From: an uncultured Chlamydiae bacterium
GTDB taxonomy: Bacteria; Chlamydiota; Chlamydiia; Chlamydiales; JAJFMB01
Direction: 5' to 3'
DNA: 64,000 nt
Assembly: GCA_963696295.1 (NCBI GenBank)
Contig: CAVOJR010000001.1
Coordinates: 2,240,001-2,304,000 of the forward strand
Made by a program: the position numbers and the translations under genes. The notes below the pieces were generated by a model. That model did not search any database and was not told where the DNA came from. It saw only the letters and a program-made list of their open reading frames with translations. Each line of letters opens with the position of its first letter. Within the stretch, counting starts at the first letter, position 1. Positions 1 to 8,748 of the stretch are shown here, piece after piece.

Positions 1-747
1 GCTGAAGATCCCTAAAACCATACAATACCAGACAAACCCCATAATTTCATTATGGATTATCATTTTAGCGAGGGTTCGCAGGGCAATATACCCTACCATA
101 AAGGAAAAGAAAAATCCAAGGCAATACTCTCGTGAAGAAATTTGCATCTGCGGAGTTTTCATGAGCTCTAAAAACTCGAGAAATGCCCCTCCGAGAATAG
201 CCGGGATGGCGAGCAGCAAAGAAAAGGTGAGGGCGTCATTTTGATTCCAACCCATCAGTCTGGCTGCGGAGATGGTTGAGCCGCTGCGCGATATGCCGGG
301 CAAGATGGCGGCAGCCTGCGAGAGGCCGATGAGAAGGGCGTCCCGATACCTTTTGCGCTTCCGGTGAAAGCGGGGGACGGCGCGGCTGAAGCGGTTGCTA
401 AAATAGAGCATGGCCGCGGTGATTAAAAAACAGAAGCCGAGCGTTTGCGGGTTATGGAAGAGCTCTTTGATGGGCTTTAAGAGCATGGCTAGAGGGAATA
501 GCGGCAGTGTCGCGATCGCGATCTGCTTCCACCTGATCCTGAGAAGGCGTTTTAACTGCTTATAAAAAACGGTCAAAATAGCCAAAAGCGTTCCAAGATG
601 GCATACGAGGTCGAAGGCGACGGTTTCTTTGAGGTGGTTTAAACCGAGCAGATGCTGGCACAAGGTTAAGTGGCCTGAAGAGCTGACGGGGAAAAATTCA
701 GTAATTCCTTGGATGATACCGAGAATGATTGCTTCAATCCAAGTCAT
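1..747 (-). CDS. uppP: Undecaprenyl-diphosphate phosphatase (BacA/UppP), runs off the left edge
   Basis: Not in the ORF track. Reverse strand from ATG at 747 reads MTWIEAIILGIIQGITEFFPVSSSGHL and later QAAAILPGISRSGSTIS, both BacA signature motifs. Confidence 0.95.
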   Translation of the reverse strand, partial: MTWIEAIILGIIQGITEFFPVSSSGHLTLCQHLLGLNHLKETVAFDLVCHLGTLLAILTVFYKQLKRLLRIRWKQIAIATLPLFPLAMLLKPIKELFHNPQTLGFCFLITAAMLYFSNRFSRAVPRFHRKRKRYRDALLIGLSQAAAILPGISRSGSTISAARLMGWNQNDALTFSLLLAIPAILGGAFLEFLELMKTPQMQISSREYCLGFFFSFMVGYIALRTLAKMIIHNEIMGFVWYCMVLGIFS

Positions 748-764
748 GATATTTGATAAAGATG

Positions 765-839
765 GGCGAACGACGGGATTCGAACCCGCGACATTTGGAA
801 CCACAATCCAACGCTCTAACCAACTGAGCTACATCCGCC
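765..839 (-). tRNA. tRNA-His (GUG)
   Basis: Reverse complement GGCGGATGTAGCTCAGTTGGTTAGAGCGTTGGATTGTGGTTCCAAATGTCGCGGGTTCGAATCCCGTCGTTCGCC. Anticodon arm TTGGA-TT-GTG-GT-TCCAA, T-loop GTTCGAAT, G-1:C73 as expected for His. Confidence 0.96.
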
Positions 840-924
840 ATGTCGTAAGATAATATATTGGACTAAATTGGGAATTTTCGTCAATATTGAAATTGTTGCC
901 ATTTACCAGAATGATGAGGTGGAT

Positions 925-1527
925 ATGAGACTTTTATATATTGAGGCGTCTCCGAGAAAGGAGCGCTCCTATTCCATTAAAGCGGCCAAGGCTTTTTTTG
1001 AAGCTTACAAAGAGGCCCATCCTAAAGACACTGTAGACAAATTGGATTTATGGAAGGAGGAGCTCCCCCCTTTTGACGGAGATATGATCAACGCCAAGTA
1101 TGCGGTCATGCATGGAAAGGACCCGACGCCCGGAGAGAAAAAGGCGTGGGATGAGATAATAAAGATTGCGGACCGGTTTAAAACCGCGGATAAAATCGTA
1201 TTGGCAATCCCGATGTGGAATTTCGGCATTCCCTATCGCCTGAAGCACTATATCGATATTATCACTCAGCCCGGCATCACGTTCCAGGGGAATAAGGGAT
1301 TAGTGCCAGACAAGCCCACCCTGGTGATCTATTCGAGCGGCGGCTCCTACCGTCCGGGAAGCGGGGGTGAAAAGTTTGATCTTCAGAAGCCCTACATCCG
1401 GACATGGCTCAATTATGTCGGCATCACCAGCATCAATGAGGTCGTGGTCGATGGAACGATGAGCCCCGATAAAACGAATGTTGAGAAGGGGATGGCCGAG
1501 GCAAAGGCTTTGGGAAGCAAGTTTTAG
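925..1527 (+). CDS. azoR: FMN-dependent NADH-azoreductase (AcpD/AzoR family)
   Basis: Motifs ASPR..SYS, PMWNFGIPYRLKHYID, SSGGSY. ATG 925 is preceded by GAGGTGG. Confidence 0.9.
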   Translation: MRLLYIEASPRKERSYSIKAAKAFFEAYKEAHPKDTVDKLDLWKEELPPFDGDMINAKYAVMHGKDPTPGEKKAWDEIIKIADRFKTADKIVLAIPMWNFGIPYRLKHYIDIITQPGITFQGNKGLVPDKPTLVIYSSGGSYRPGSGGEKFDLQKPYIRTWLNYVGITSINEVVVDGTMSPDKTNVEKGMAEAKALGSKF

Positions 1528-1543
1528 TTGCTTCCCTCAACTG

Positions 1544-1975
1544 TTAACCTTTTTTGACTTTGATCTTCTTAGGCTCGCTTTCTTTCGCCTTCTTGAAGGT
1601 CACTGTCATAATGCCGTCTTTGTAGCTGGCTTCAGGCTCTTTCTTTTCGTCCACATTGCCGGGGACGGTCAAGTGGTAGGAAAAGGAGCTGCTCGCTTTG
1701 CGGTAAAAGGAGCGCTTTTTGTCCTTTTCTTCCTCTTTGCGCTCCCCCTTGATCCAAAGCGCCCCTTTATCATAGGTGATTACGATGTCTTCAGCCTTAA
1801 TTCCCGGAAGGGAGGCTTCCACATAGACATTTGAGGCGTCTTCGGAAACGGACAGCCCCGACGGCTCTTTGCTGCCGAAAGTGGGAAACCAATCCTCTTC
1901 AAACCAGGGAGAAATGAATGCCAGGGGACCTTTAAACGGTTGCGGTTTCTTGATGATTTGTTTTTCTTCAGCCAT
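1544..1975 (-). CDS. Hsp20/alpha-crystallin small heat-shock protein
   Basis: VEASLPGIKAEDI...IKGER...ASYKDGIMTVTF pattern. Confidence 0.93.
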   Translation of the reverse strand: MAEEKQIIKKPQPFKGPLAFISPWFEEDWFPTFGSKEPSGLSVSEDASNVYVEASLPGIKAEDIVITYDKGALWIKGERKEEEKDKKRSFYRKASSSFSYHLTVPGNVDEKKEPEASYKDGIMTVTFKKAKESEPKKIKVKKG

Positions 1976-1987
1976 AAATAATGCTCC

Positions 1988-2398
1988 TTAAGTAAAAATT
2001 GGGTTGTGATTGGCAAAAAAAGTGCAGACAATCAGGAAGATCCCGATGATAGCCAGGATAAATCCCAAGATTTTTATCGCCTGGACATGATCAAAATACT
2101 CATGAGCTATATGTTTGATCCATTCCGGAAGATAGAGATGGATAATGCCCCGGAACAAAACGATGTTAGCTAAAATAGTGACCACCACCTTCCAGCTCCA
2201 ATCCCACACATTATGGGCGAGGACAAAAAGCAGGCCGAGTACCAGGCTCATCGTTCCTGAAAGGGCGATCAAAGCGGGGTTTTTGAAAAAATCATGGATC
2301 ACGACGCGCATGGAATTTGCCCGCACGATCAGCAGTATCCCGGTAATCAAAAGATAGAGCCCGAAAAACCGGCCAAGATATATCGATATATTCATCAA
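1988..2398 (-). CDS. Hypothetical 4-TM membrane protein
   Basis: 136 aa with four hydrophobic segments; RBS GGAGG upstream. Confidence 0.75.
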   Translation of the reverse strand: MMNISIYLGRFFGLYLLITGILLIVRANSMRVVIHDFFKNPALIALSGTMSLVLGLLFVLAHNVWDWSWKVVVTILANIVLFRGIIHLYLPEWIKHIAHEYFDHVQAIKILGFILAIIGIFLIVCTFFANHNPIFT

Positions 2399-2439
2399 GG
2401 TGAACCTCCTTTTTTTATTTTACAATACAGATTGGAGAT

Positions 2440-3924
2440 TTATACGAAAATAAAATTATTGTTTTGCTTTTGACGGTTGGAAAGCCAGATTCCAAAAAAG
2501 AAAATGGCCGTCAGATAGAGAATCACTAAATCAGGGGATAAACTTTTTGTGCGGATAAAAACGTCTGTTGAAAGAGGCATGTAGTAAGTGAGATTTATCA
2601 GATATTCCGTGAAATGGTTATTCACCTGGTGAATCAGGGCCGAGAGCCAAGGGATTGGCGCGGTTAGAAAGCCCAAAATCAAAAATAACATAGAAAAGCT
2701 CACCAAAAAAGGGAAAAATAGGTTGTATACCATGCTGAAGAGGGGAAATTTCTGAAAATAGAGCAGCACGAGAGGAATCCCGATCAAATGCACGGTTAGA
2801 GTAAGGGCCAGCCCCTGCCGAAAAAAACAGAAAACCAAATACCCATGCTGATCCAGTATGGAGAGCCTGGAGGGGGTGTGGGAATTGAAGAAACTTTTGC
2901 AAAAAGTATTGATGGGAGAATAGAGGAGCAAAATGCCGGCTGTGATGGCAAAGCTCAATTGGAAGGCGAGGTTTGCGATCATCCAGGGGTCGATCAGCAA
3001 GGCTGCCATCAGGGCAAAGCCAAAAGCGTTCAGGCTATTCGTCGGCCTTTCCAAAAGCTGGCTGCTCAGACCGATCAAAATCATGAGCCACGCGCGTAAG
3101 ACCGAGGGGCTGAAGCCGAGCAGAAAGAAGTAGAGGCTCAAAAAAATCATAACTAGGGAGGAAGTGGCGCGGACGGAGAAAACAGCGCGGAATAAAAGGC
3201 TGAGAATGAAGGCGATGATCGCAAAATGAAAGCCCGATATTGCCATGATGTGCTGCAGGCCGAAGCGGCTGAATTCAAAGGAAAAGTAAGGGTCGTTAAA
3301 CTGCCCCGTAGCGATGCCGGCCAGAAATTGCGCGCTTTGCTCGTTCTCTATTTTTTCGAGGAGATAATTTTTTAAAAGGAGCTTGGCATGGTATCTCCAT
3401 TCGGCAAAATTTCTCGTACGGGCCAGGGCAGTCCAAGGAACCCCTTTTTTGGGGGTCAGGGAGTAGCGGCCGCGGGAAGTTTCTTTGAGCGTGCCCGTCA
3501 CAAGATAGATCTGGTCGGCCGAGGGGCGGTTATCGCTTTGCAGTTTTATGGTGCAGGCTGAGCGGGGAAAAGTATAGTCGGTATCTTTAGTGTGAAAGGA
3601 GAGGAGAGTGCCTTTGTAAATCCAGGAGCTTTTAAATTTGCTTTGATTCCAGGCGACCTGCTCGACCCGCACCCTGGCTTCGCCGAAAACGCCGTTTGGC
3701 TGCAAGGGGGGCGCCTGATAACAAAGGGATGCAAAATAGTAGACGATGGCAAAAAGGAGAGCGTTGAAAAGGAAGCGTTTGGCTTGAAAAATGATGGAGC
3801 CTCCAAGCAGGAGCAGCGGAATGAGGAGGACGGGAGTGAAATGGTAAGCCGCCGAACAGGCGAGTAAAACAGTGAGGCCATAGAGGAGAGCCGGACAACC
3901 CCTCCAAAATGGTTCAAGATTCAA
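2440..3924 (-). CDS. comEC: ComEC/Rec2 competence membrane protein (no C-terminal MBL domain)
   Basis: Motifs GLQHIMAISGFH, SPSVLRA, FQLSF; multiple TM helices. Confidence 0.92.
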   Translation of the reverse strand: MNLEPFWRGCPALLYGLTVLLACSAAYHFTPVLLIPLLLLGGSIIFQAKRFLFNALLFAIVYYFASLCYQAPPLQPNGVFGEARVRVEQVAWNQSKFKSSWIYKGTLLSFHTKDTDYTFPRSACTIKLQSDNRPSADQIYLVTGTLKETSRGRYSLTPKKGVPWTALARTRNFAEWRYHAKLLLKNYLLEKIENEQSAQFLAGIATGQFNDPYFSFEFSRFGLQHIMAISGFHFAIIAFILSLLFRAVFSVRATSSLVMIFLSLYFFLLGFSPSVLRAWLMILIGLSSQLLERPTNSLNAFGFALMAALLIDPWMIANLAFQLSFAITAGILLLYSPINTFCKSFFNSHTPSRLSILDQHGYLVFCFFRQGLALTLTVHLIGIPLVLLYFQKFPLFSMVYNLFFPFLVSFSMLFLILGFLTAPIPWLSALIHQVNNHFTEYLINLTYYMPLSTDVFIRTKSLSPDLVILYLTAIFFFGIWLSNRQKQNNNFIFV

Positions 3925-4496
3925 GTTTGCACTTCGTAGACGAGGACGTCGCTTTCAAAAAACCAGTCGGATGAGGGGAGGGGTAATTTATTTTCCGGTT
4001 TTGTGATTTTGCTTGTATTCGCGAGAATTTGCACCTGCTTTAGTTCGAGGGCCGGCGGGAGTTTTCTGCTCTCCGTGTGGTTCGCAAAGGAGTTGTTCTT
4101 TTTAATGCGCAAAGCATCGATCAAAGCGTTGAGACCGGTAAAAAGTTCCTCTACGTCGTCGCGATTTTGATGATTTTTTACATTAGTGATCACAATCAGA
4201 TATTGGTAGGACACCTGTTTTTCATCGAGCTTGATCAGCTTTTTTTGCCGGTCGATGGATTGAAGCGAACCCATCGGGAGAAAAGTACCGTTGCGAAATC
4301 CTGACAGGAAGTTGGCTTTTAAGGATTGCAAATGCTCAGTATCCATCATAGATTCCGGGCTTATCACGAACACTTGCGGCTTTGTCTGGGGGTTGCGCTT
4401 GTCGATGATCCCGACCTTGGTGTTAATGAATTGGGGCTGCATGGGCAATCCCTGATTGCAGTTTAAGCCGACGCGGTGCGTTTTTGGGAATAGCAT
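3921..4496 (-). CDS. Hypothetical protein, possible degenerate flavoprotein-like segment
   Basis: 191-aa ORF overlapping the comEC start. SIDRQKKLIKLDEKQVSYQYLIVIT resembles the IDxxxkxVxxxxxxYDxLViAT segment of pyridine nucleotide-disulfide oxidoreductases, but there is no GxGxxG. Confidence 0.6.
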   Translation of the reverse strand: MLFPKTHRVGLNCNQGLPMQPQFINTKVGIIDKRNPQTKPQVFVISPESMMDTEHLQSLKANFLSGFRNGTFLPMGSLQSIDRQKKLIKLDEKQVSYQYLIVITNVKNHQNRDDVEELFTGLNALIDALRIKKNNSFANHTESRKLPPALELKQVQILANTSKITKPENKLPLPSSDWFFESDVLVYEVQT

Positions 4497-4635
4497 TACT
4501 TTTTCCTTGCGTTCAAAACCCCTGATGGTACATAATTTACCGACTTAAATTCAAGGAAAATCTGAGAGTTTTTGTCTAATTGCATAAATTTATTGGAATA
4601 TGTTAGCCTGTGGATATTCCATGGGAGTGTGAGAC

Positions 4636-5445
4636 TTGGATAGGCATATTAGAGAATTCTATAGCGTTTTTTCTGACGAAACCCCGAGCGGCAACTTTCA
4701 TAAAGTTATCGCTTTAAATAACGAACCCCAGCTTACCTGGGAAGAGATAGTCGAAAAAGTTCCCATCATATGTAAAGGGTGGTATGAGCTTGCGCACTTA
4801 TCCCCTGCCGACCGGCTGGAGTTTCTGTGCGACTATTGGCTGATCCGTCTCCCCTATCACCCTGAATTAAAAGACTTCCTCCTCTCTTTCTTCAACGAGC
4901 TGGATGATATCGGGGTATTTATCTTCCAGAAGAAATTTGATGACCCTTACCGGGCAGAACTTGTGTATAGCTGCAAAGGGGGCAACGGCTTCTTTCGGGG
5001 ATCGGTCGGGGCTTCTGAAGAGCAGGTGGCCCGCATGCAAAAAGAATTATCCAGCTACTTTCTCCCCAAAGATTATCTCAGCTTTCTGCAGATCCACAAC
5101 GGGTTTTCCAAGACGACCGACTGCACCGGCATCATCCCTTGCGGCGAGATTAAAGAGACCTACCTCAATTTTCAGGAAATGATAGCCTCTCTCCAGCAGG
5201 TTGAAACGACCAGAGGGGAACTGGTGGAGCCGAAAGCCTTGATCCCTTTTTACGAATCGTTTGGAATGCCTTTTTTTCAGTGCTTCTACGGAGAGTGGTA
5301 TCCCGGCGAGGAGATGGGCAATGTCTATTATTCGGGTCTGACTAATACTATTTCTGATATCAAAGGCAATTTGACAGGCACAGAAAATATGGCCTTCTCA
5401 ACCTTTACCGACTGGCTGATGTTCTATCTGGAAAAAGTGCAATAA
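4636..5445 (+). CDS. SMI1/KNR4-family protein
   Basis: ASEEQVARMQKEL...LPKDYLSFLQIHNGF and C-terminal FSTFTDWL motifs. Confidence 0.8.
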   Translation: MDRHIREFYSVFSDETPSGNFHKVIALNNEPQLTWEEIVEKVPIICKGWYELAHLSPADRLEFLCDYWLIRLPYHPELKDFLLSFFNELDDIGVFIFQKKFDDPYRAELVYSCKGGNGFFRGSVGASEEQVARMQKELSSYFLPKDYLSFLQIHNGFSKTTDCTGIIPCGEIKETYLNFQEMIASLQQVETTRGELVEPKALIPFYESFGMPFFQCFYGEWYPGEEMGNVYYSGLTNTISDIKGNLTGTENMAFSTFTDWLMFYLEKVQ

Positions 5446-5606
5446 GGGATCGTATGACATTAACTTTGGCAATTATAGAGCAGGAAAACGGTTCAGATCG
5501 AGATGATTTTTCCGAGGAGAGTATCAGTGGAATACCTCTGAGGAAAAATACTCTCGAGGCGCGATTTTTCTCTCTAGAATCGTCAAAGTTATTTTCATAC
5601 GACCCC
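5446..5606. mobile_element. 161-bp palindromic MITE/RPE-like element
   Basis: Imperfect terminal inverted repeats of about 45 bp (GGGATCGTATGACATTAACTTTGGC versus reverse complement GGGGTCGTATGAAAATAACTTTGAC). The palindrome continues to the centre. Flanked by TAA and TA. Confidence 0.7.
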
Positions 5607-5620
5607 TATCTGGAGCCCTT

Positions 5621-6616
5621 GTGGTAAACCAAAAAAAATATTTCGTCCATGATCTCTACCGAAGGCATAAGGAGAGGCTGGATTTGGAGCTGGTGACGGG
5701 AGAGGCCGGGATGCGCCGCCGCATTAAAGTCCCCGAAGCCCATCGCCCCGGTCTGAGTTTGTCCGGTTATCTCAAGGATTACGCCAATCAGCGCATCCTG
5801 ATTTTCGGCAAAGTGGAAATCGAGTACTTGCGCGATCTCGACCAGCAAACCAGAGTGGAACGTTTAAAAAAAATATTAGATGATCCGACCCCGGCCGTTA
5901 TCGTGGCGCGCCGCTACCGCCCCCCGAAAGAGCTGCTGAAATTATGCGAAGAACAGGGGATTCCCCTCTTTCGCACCAGCATGCAAACCATGGCCCTTAT
6001 CACAAAGCTCACTTTGCTTCTCAATGAAGAATTCGCCCCGAGCATCAGCTGCCACGGCACCCTGGTGGAGGTCTTTGGAGTTGGAGTTTTGATTCAAGGC
6101 GATTCGGCTGTCGGCAAGAGCGAAGCTGCGCTGGGATTGATTGAAAGGGGGCACCGCCTCATTTCCGACGACATCGTCAAAGTGAAGCGGCGTGAAGGGG
6201 GGTATCTGGAGGGGTTTGGCGCCGAATTGACCCGCCACCATATGGAGATTCGCGGCATCGGCATCGTCAACGTCGCCCACCTCTACGGCGCGGTCTGCGT
6301 GCGGGATCACAAGAGCATCGATATCGTCGTCAAGCTGGAAGTGTGGGACGATAAAAAATTTTATGACAGAGTCGGTATTGAAGAGCAGTACTGCGATATT
6401 TTGAGCGTCAAAGTTCCCCACCATATTCTTCCTGTAAAACCGGGACGGGATGTGGTGTTGCTGTTAGAGACCATCGCCTTAAATCACCGTTTGCGCCGCA
6501 TGGGTTACAACTCGGCAAAGGAATTCAACCGCAAATTATTGGATATGATTGCAAAAAAACAGAAAGCGAGAGGAATTGGCAGAAGTGAAAAAAATTTCTT
6601 GCAAAGTGCGCGTTAA
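5621..6616 (+). CDS. hprK: HPr(Ser) kinase/phosphorylase
   Basis: HRPGL, HGTLVEVFGVGVLIQGDSAVGKSE, LISDD, MEIRGIGI, PVKPGR. Confidence 0.97.
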   Translation: MVNQKKYFVHDLYRRHKERLDLELVTGEAGMRRRIKVPEAHRPGLSLSGYLKDYANQRILIFGKVEIEYLRDLDQQTRVERLKKILDDPTPAVIVARRYRPPKELLKLCEEQGIPLFRTSMQTMALITKLTLLLNEEFAPSISCHGTLVEVFGVGVLIQGDSAVGKSEAALGLIERGHRLISDDIVKVKRREGGYLEGFGAELTRHHMEIRGIGIVNVAHLYGAVCVRDHKSIDIVVKLEVWDDKKFYDRVGIEEQYCDILSVKVPHHILPVKPGRDVVLLLETIALNHRLRRMGYNSAKEFNRKLLDMIAKKQKARGIGRSEKNFLQSAR

Positions 6617-6857
6617 GAATGCGCTTGGGCTGCACACCCGCCCGGCCACTGAGATTGTCAAGTTGCTGCAAAGCCGCCGCTCCCAGGTGTTTTTTACCTA
6701 CAAACAGGAAAGGATCAACGCCAAAAGCATCATGGGCATTTTGATGTTGTCTGCCCACCGCAACGCCACCATCGCGATTGATGTGGAAGGGGAAGATGCC
6801 GAGGAAACGATGGAGCTCCTGGTCAACGCTTTTGATAAGGAATTTGAGGGGTTATGA
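6585..6857 (+). CDS. ptsH: Phosphocarrier protein HPr (start uncertain)
   Basis: GLHTRPA (His15) and NAKSIMG (Ser46) motifs. Confidence 0.95.
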   Translation: MKKISCKVRVKNALGLHTRPATEIVKLLQSRRSQVFFTYKQERINAKSIMGILMLSAHRNATIAIDVEGEDAEETMELLVNAFDKEFEGL

Positions 6858-8626
6858 GGTTAAAGACTGCCGAAATCCGTTTGAAAGGCACCCCCATCAG
6901 CCAGGGGGTGGCTATTGGAAGGCCCTACCGCTATGCGCGCACCGAGAAAGCCATTTCTGAAGTTTTGCTTCATGATCATGAGGTGGAGCCGGAAATCGAA
7001 CGCTACCGCCTCGCCATCCATTGCAGCCGGATCGAAATACAAACGCTGCAGCAGCAGCTGGAGATGGAAGATGCGGCTGAAGGCGCGGCCATTTTGGGCG
7101 CCCATTTGCAGATGATGGGGGATCATTTTCTGACCATTCAAGTGGAAGAGGAGATCAAGAGCTCACGAAAGAACGCCGAGTATATTTTTTCCCAGGTAAT
7201 TCTTAATTTTCAAAAAAAGTTTGAATCGCTGGCCGATCCCTTTTTCCGGGAAAGATTTAAGGATGTGCAGGATATTTCCCGCCGCATTTTAGGCTTCTTG
7301 AACGCGGGACCAAGAGATAATCTCAGCAAGGTGCCTCCCAACTCGGTGGTGATAACCAGGGAGCTGATCGCTTCCGACGTGGCCGAAGCAAATGGCGTCG
7401 CCGCTTTTTTAAGCGAGATGGGCGGGGTCACTTCCCATGCCGCCATTGTGGCGAAAGCCAAAGGGATCCCTTATGTTTCCAATGTGGACGTCTCTTCCAT
7501 CGATTTTACTCAAGTGACGTCTATCGTCGTGGACGGGAGGACCGGCGATGTTTTTCTCAACCCTTCCGAAGAGACCATCAAAAAATACCGCTCCATCGAT
7601 GAAAAAATTCAAGGGCATGTCAAGGGGCTGGAGTCCACGGCGCCTTTTCCCGCCGAGACTATCGACGGGTATCAGGTCACCTTATCGGCCAATATGGAGA
7701 TGATGAGCGAGCTCGATATGCTCCACCAGCATAGCAATAGCGGCGTCGGCCTCTTCCGCTCCGAGTATCTCTTCCTCTCCCAAAACGATTTTCCCCCCGA
7801 AGAGGATCAGTTTGAGATTTACCGGGCGATTGTCGAGAAGCTGCAGGGGCTGCCAATTGTGATCCGCACCTTTGATGTGGGCGGAGACAAGTGTCTGCCC
7901 GGCTATAAGATGCCCCTTGAGGAAAACCCCTTCCTCGGCTGCCGCGCGATCCGTTTTTTGCTGCGCGAACTGGATATTTTCAAAGCGCAGTTAAGGGCGA
8001 TATTGCGCGCGAGCGCCTTTGGCCGGGTGAGTTTGATGTTTCCCATGGTTTCTACCCTGACGGAGCTTTTGGATGCCAAAAAAGTCGTGAAAGAGGTGAT
8101 GGCGGAATTGAAGGAAAAGAAAATCTCCTTCGACGAGGAGATTCGAATCGGGTGCATGATCGAGGTCCCCTCAGCCGCCTTGATAGCCGATCTTTTGGCC
8201 AAAGAGTGCGATTTCCTCTCCATCGGCACGAACGATCTCGTGCAGTATTCGCTCGCCGTCGATCGCAGCAACCACGCCATGAGCGGTCTCTATACCCCGG
8301 CGCACCCCAGCGTCATCCGCCTGATCCGCCTCGTGGTGAGCGAAGCGAATCATCGGGGCATCCCCGTGACCGTCTGCGGCGAGGTGGCTGCCGATCCCCG
8401 CTTCACCCCTCTTTTGCTCGGGCTTGGAGTGAATGAGCTGTCAGTGACTTTGCGTTATTTGCCGATCATCAAGAACGTGATCCGGCACACGAGTATTGTG
8501 GAAGCGAGCCAGCTCGCCGAAAAGGTGCTCGGGATGTCCACGCCGCAAGAGATAGAGCAGTGTCTGACCGATGAGTACCACCGCCTTTTCCCTGAAGACC
8601 ACCTTCTGTCGCCAACTCTTTCCTGA
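6854..8626 (+). CDS. ptsI: PTS enzyme I
   Basis: GGVTSHAAI, GVGLFRSE, RTFDVGGDK, ENPFLGCRAIR, SIGTNDLVQY, VCGE. Confidence 0.97.
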   Translation: MRLKTAEIRLKGTPISQGVAIGRPYRYARTEKAISEVLLHDHEVEPEIERYRLAIHCSRIEIQTLQQQLEMEDAAEGAAILGAHLQMMGDHFLTIQVEEEIKSSRKNAEYIFSQVILNFQKKFESLADPFFRERFKDVQDISRRILGFLNAGPRDNLSKVPPNSVVITRELIASDVAEANGVAAFLSEMGGVTSHAAIVAKAKGIPYVSNVDVSSIDFTQVTSIVVDGRTGDVFLNPSEETIKKYRSIDEKIQGHVKGLESTAPFPAETIDGYQVTLSANMEMMSELDMLHQHSNSGVGLFRSEYLFLSQNDFPPEEDQFEIYRAIVEKLQGLPIVIRTFDVGGDKCLPGYKMPLEENPFLGCRAIRFLLRELDIFKAQLRAILRASAFGRVSLMFPMVSTLTELLDAKKVVKEVMAELKEKKISFDEEIRIGCMIEVPSAALIADLLAKECDFLSIGTNDLVQYSLAVDRSNHAMSGLYTPAHPSVIRLIRLVVSEANHRGIPVTVCGEVAADPRFTPLLLGLGVNELSVTLRYLPIIKNVIRHTSIVEASQLAEKVLGMSTPQEIEQCLTDEYHRLFPEDHLLSPTLS

Positions 8627-8683
8627 CTTTTTTAAAGAATATATATATTTAATATTAAGATTATGTAAATAAACATTATTTGC

Positions 8684-8712
8684 TTGATCGGTTTTTGTTT
8701 ATATAGTAAACT
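8684..8712 (+). promoter_or_regulatory. Putative sigma66/70 promoter of the vWA-RING gene
   Basis: TTGATC-N17-TAAACT preceded by an AT-rich tract. Confidence 0.55.
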
Positions 8713-8748
8713 TGTGCATTTCTTAACGTTTAATTAAGGGGTGTTGCG

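Noticed and set aside
629..853. 74-aa plus-strand ORF
   Set aside because: It is an antisense shadow of uppP and tRNA-His.
4636..5445. SMI1/KNR4 gene as the immunity half of a toxin-immunity pair
   Set aside because: No adjacent toxin-like ORF; it sits in a housekeeping context ahead of hprK.
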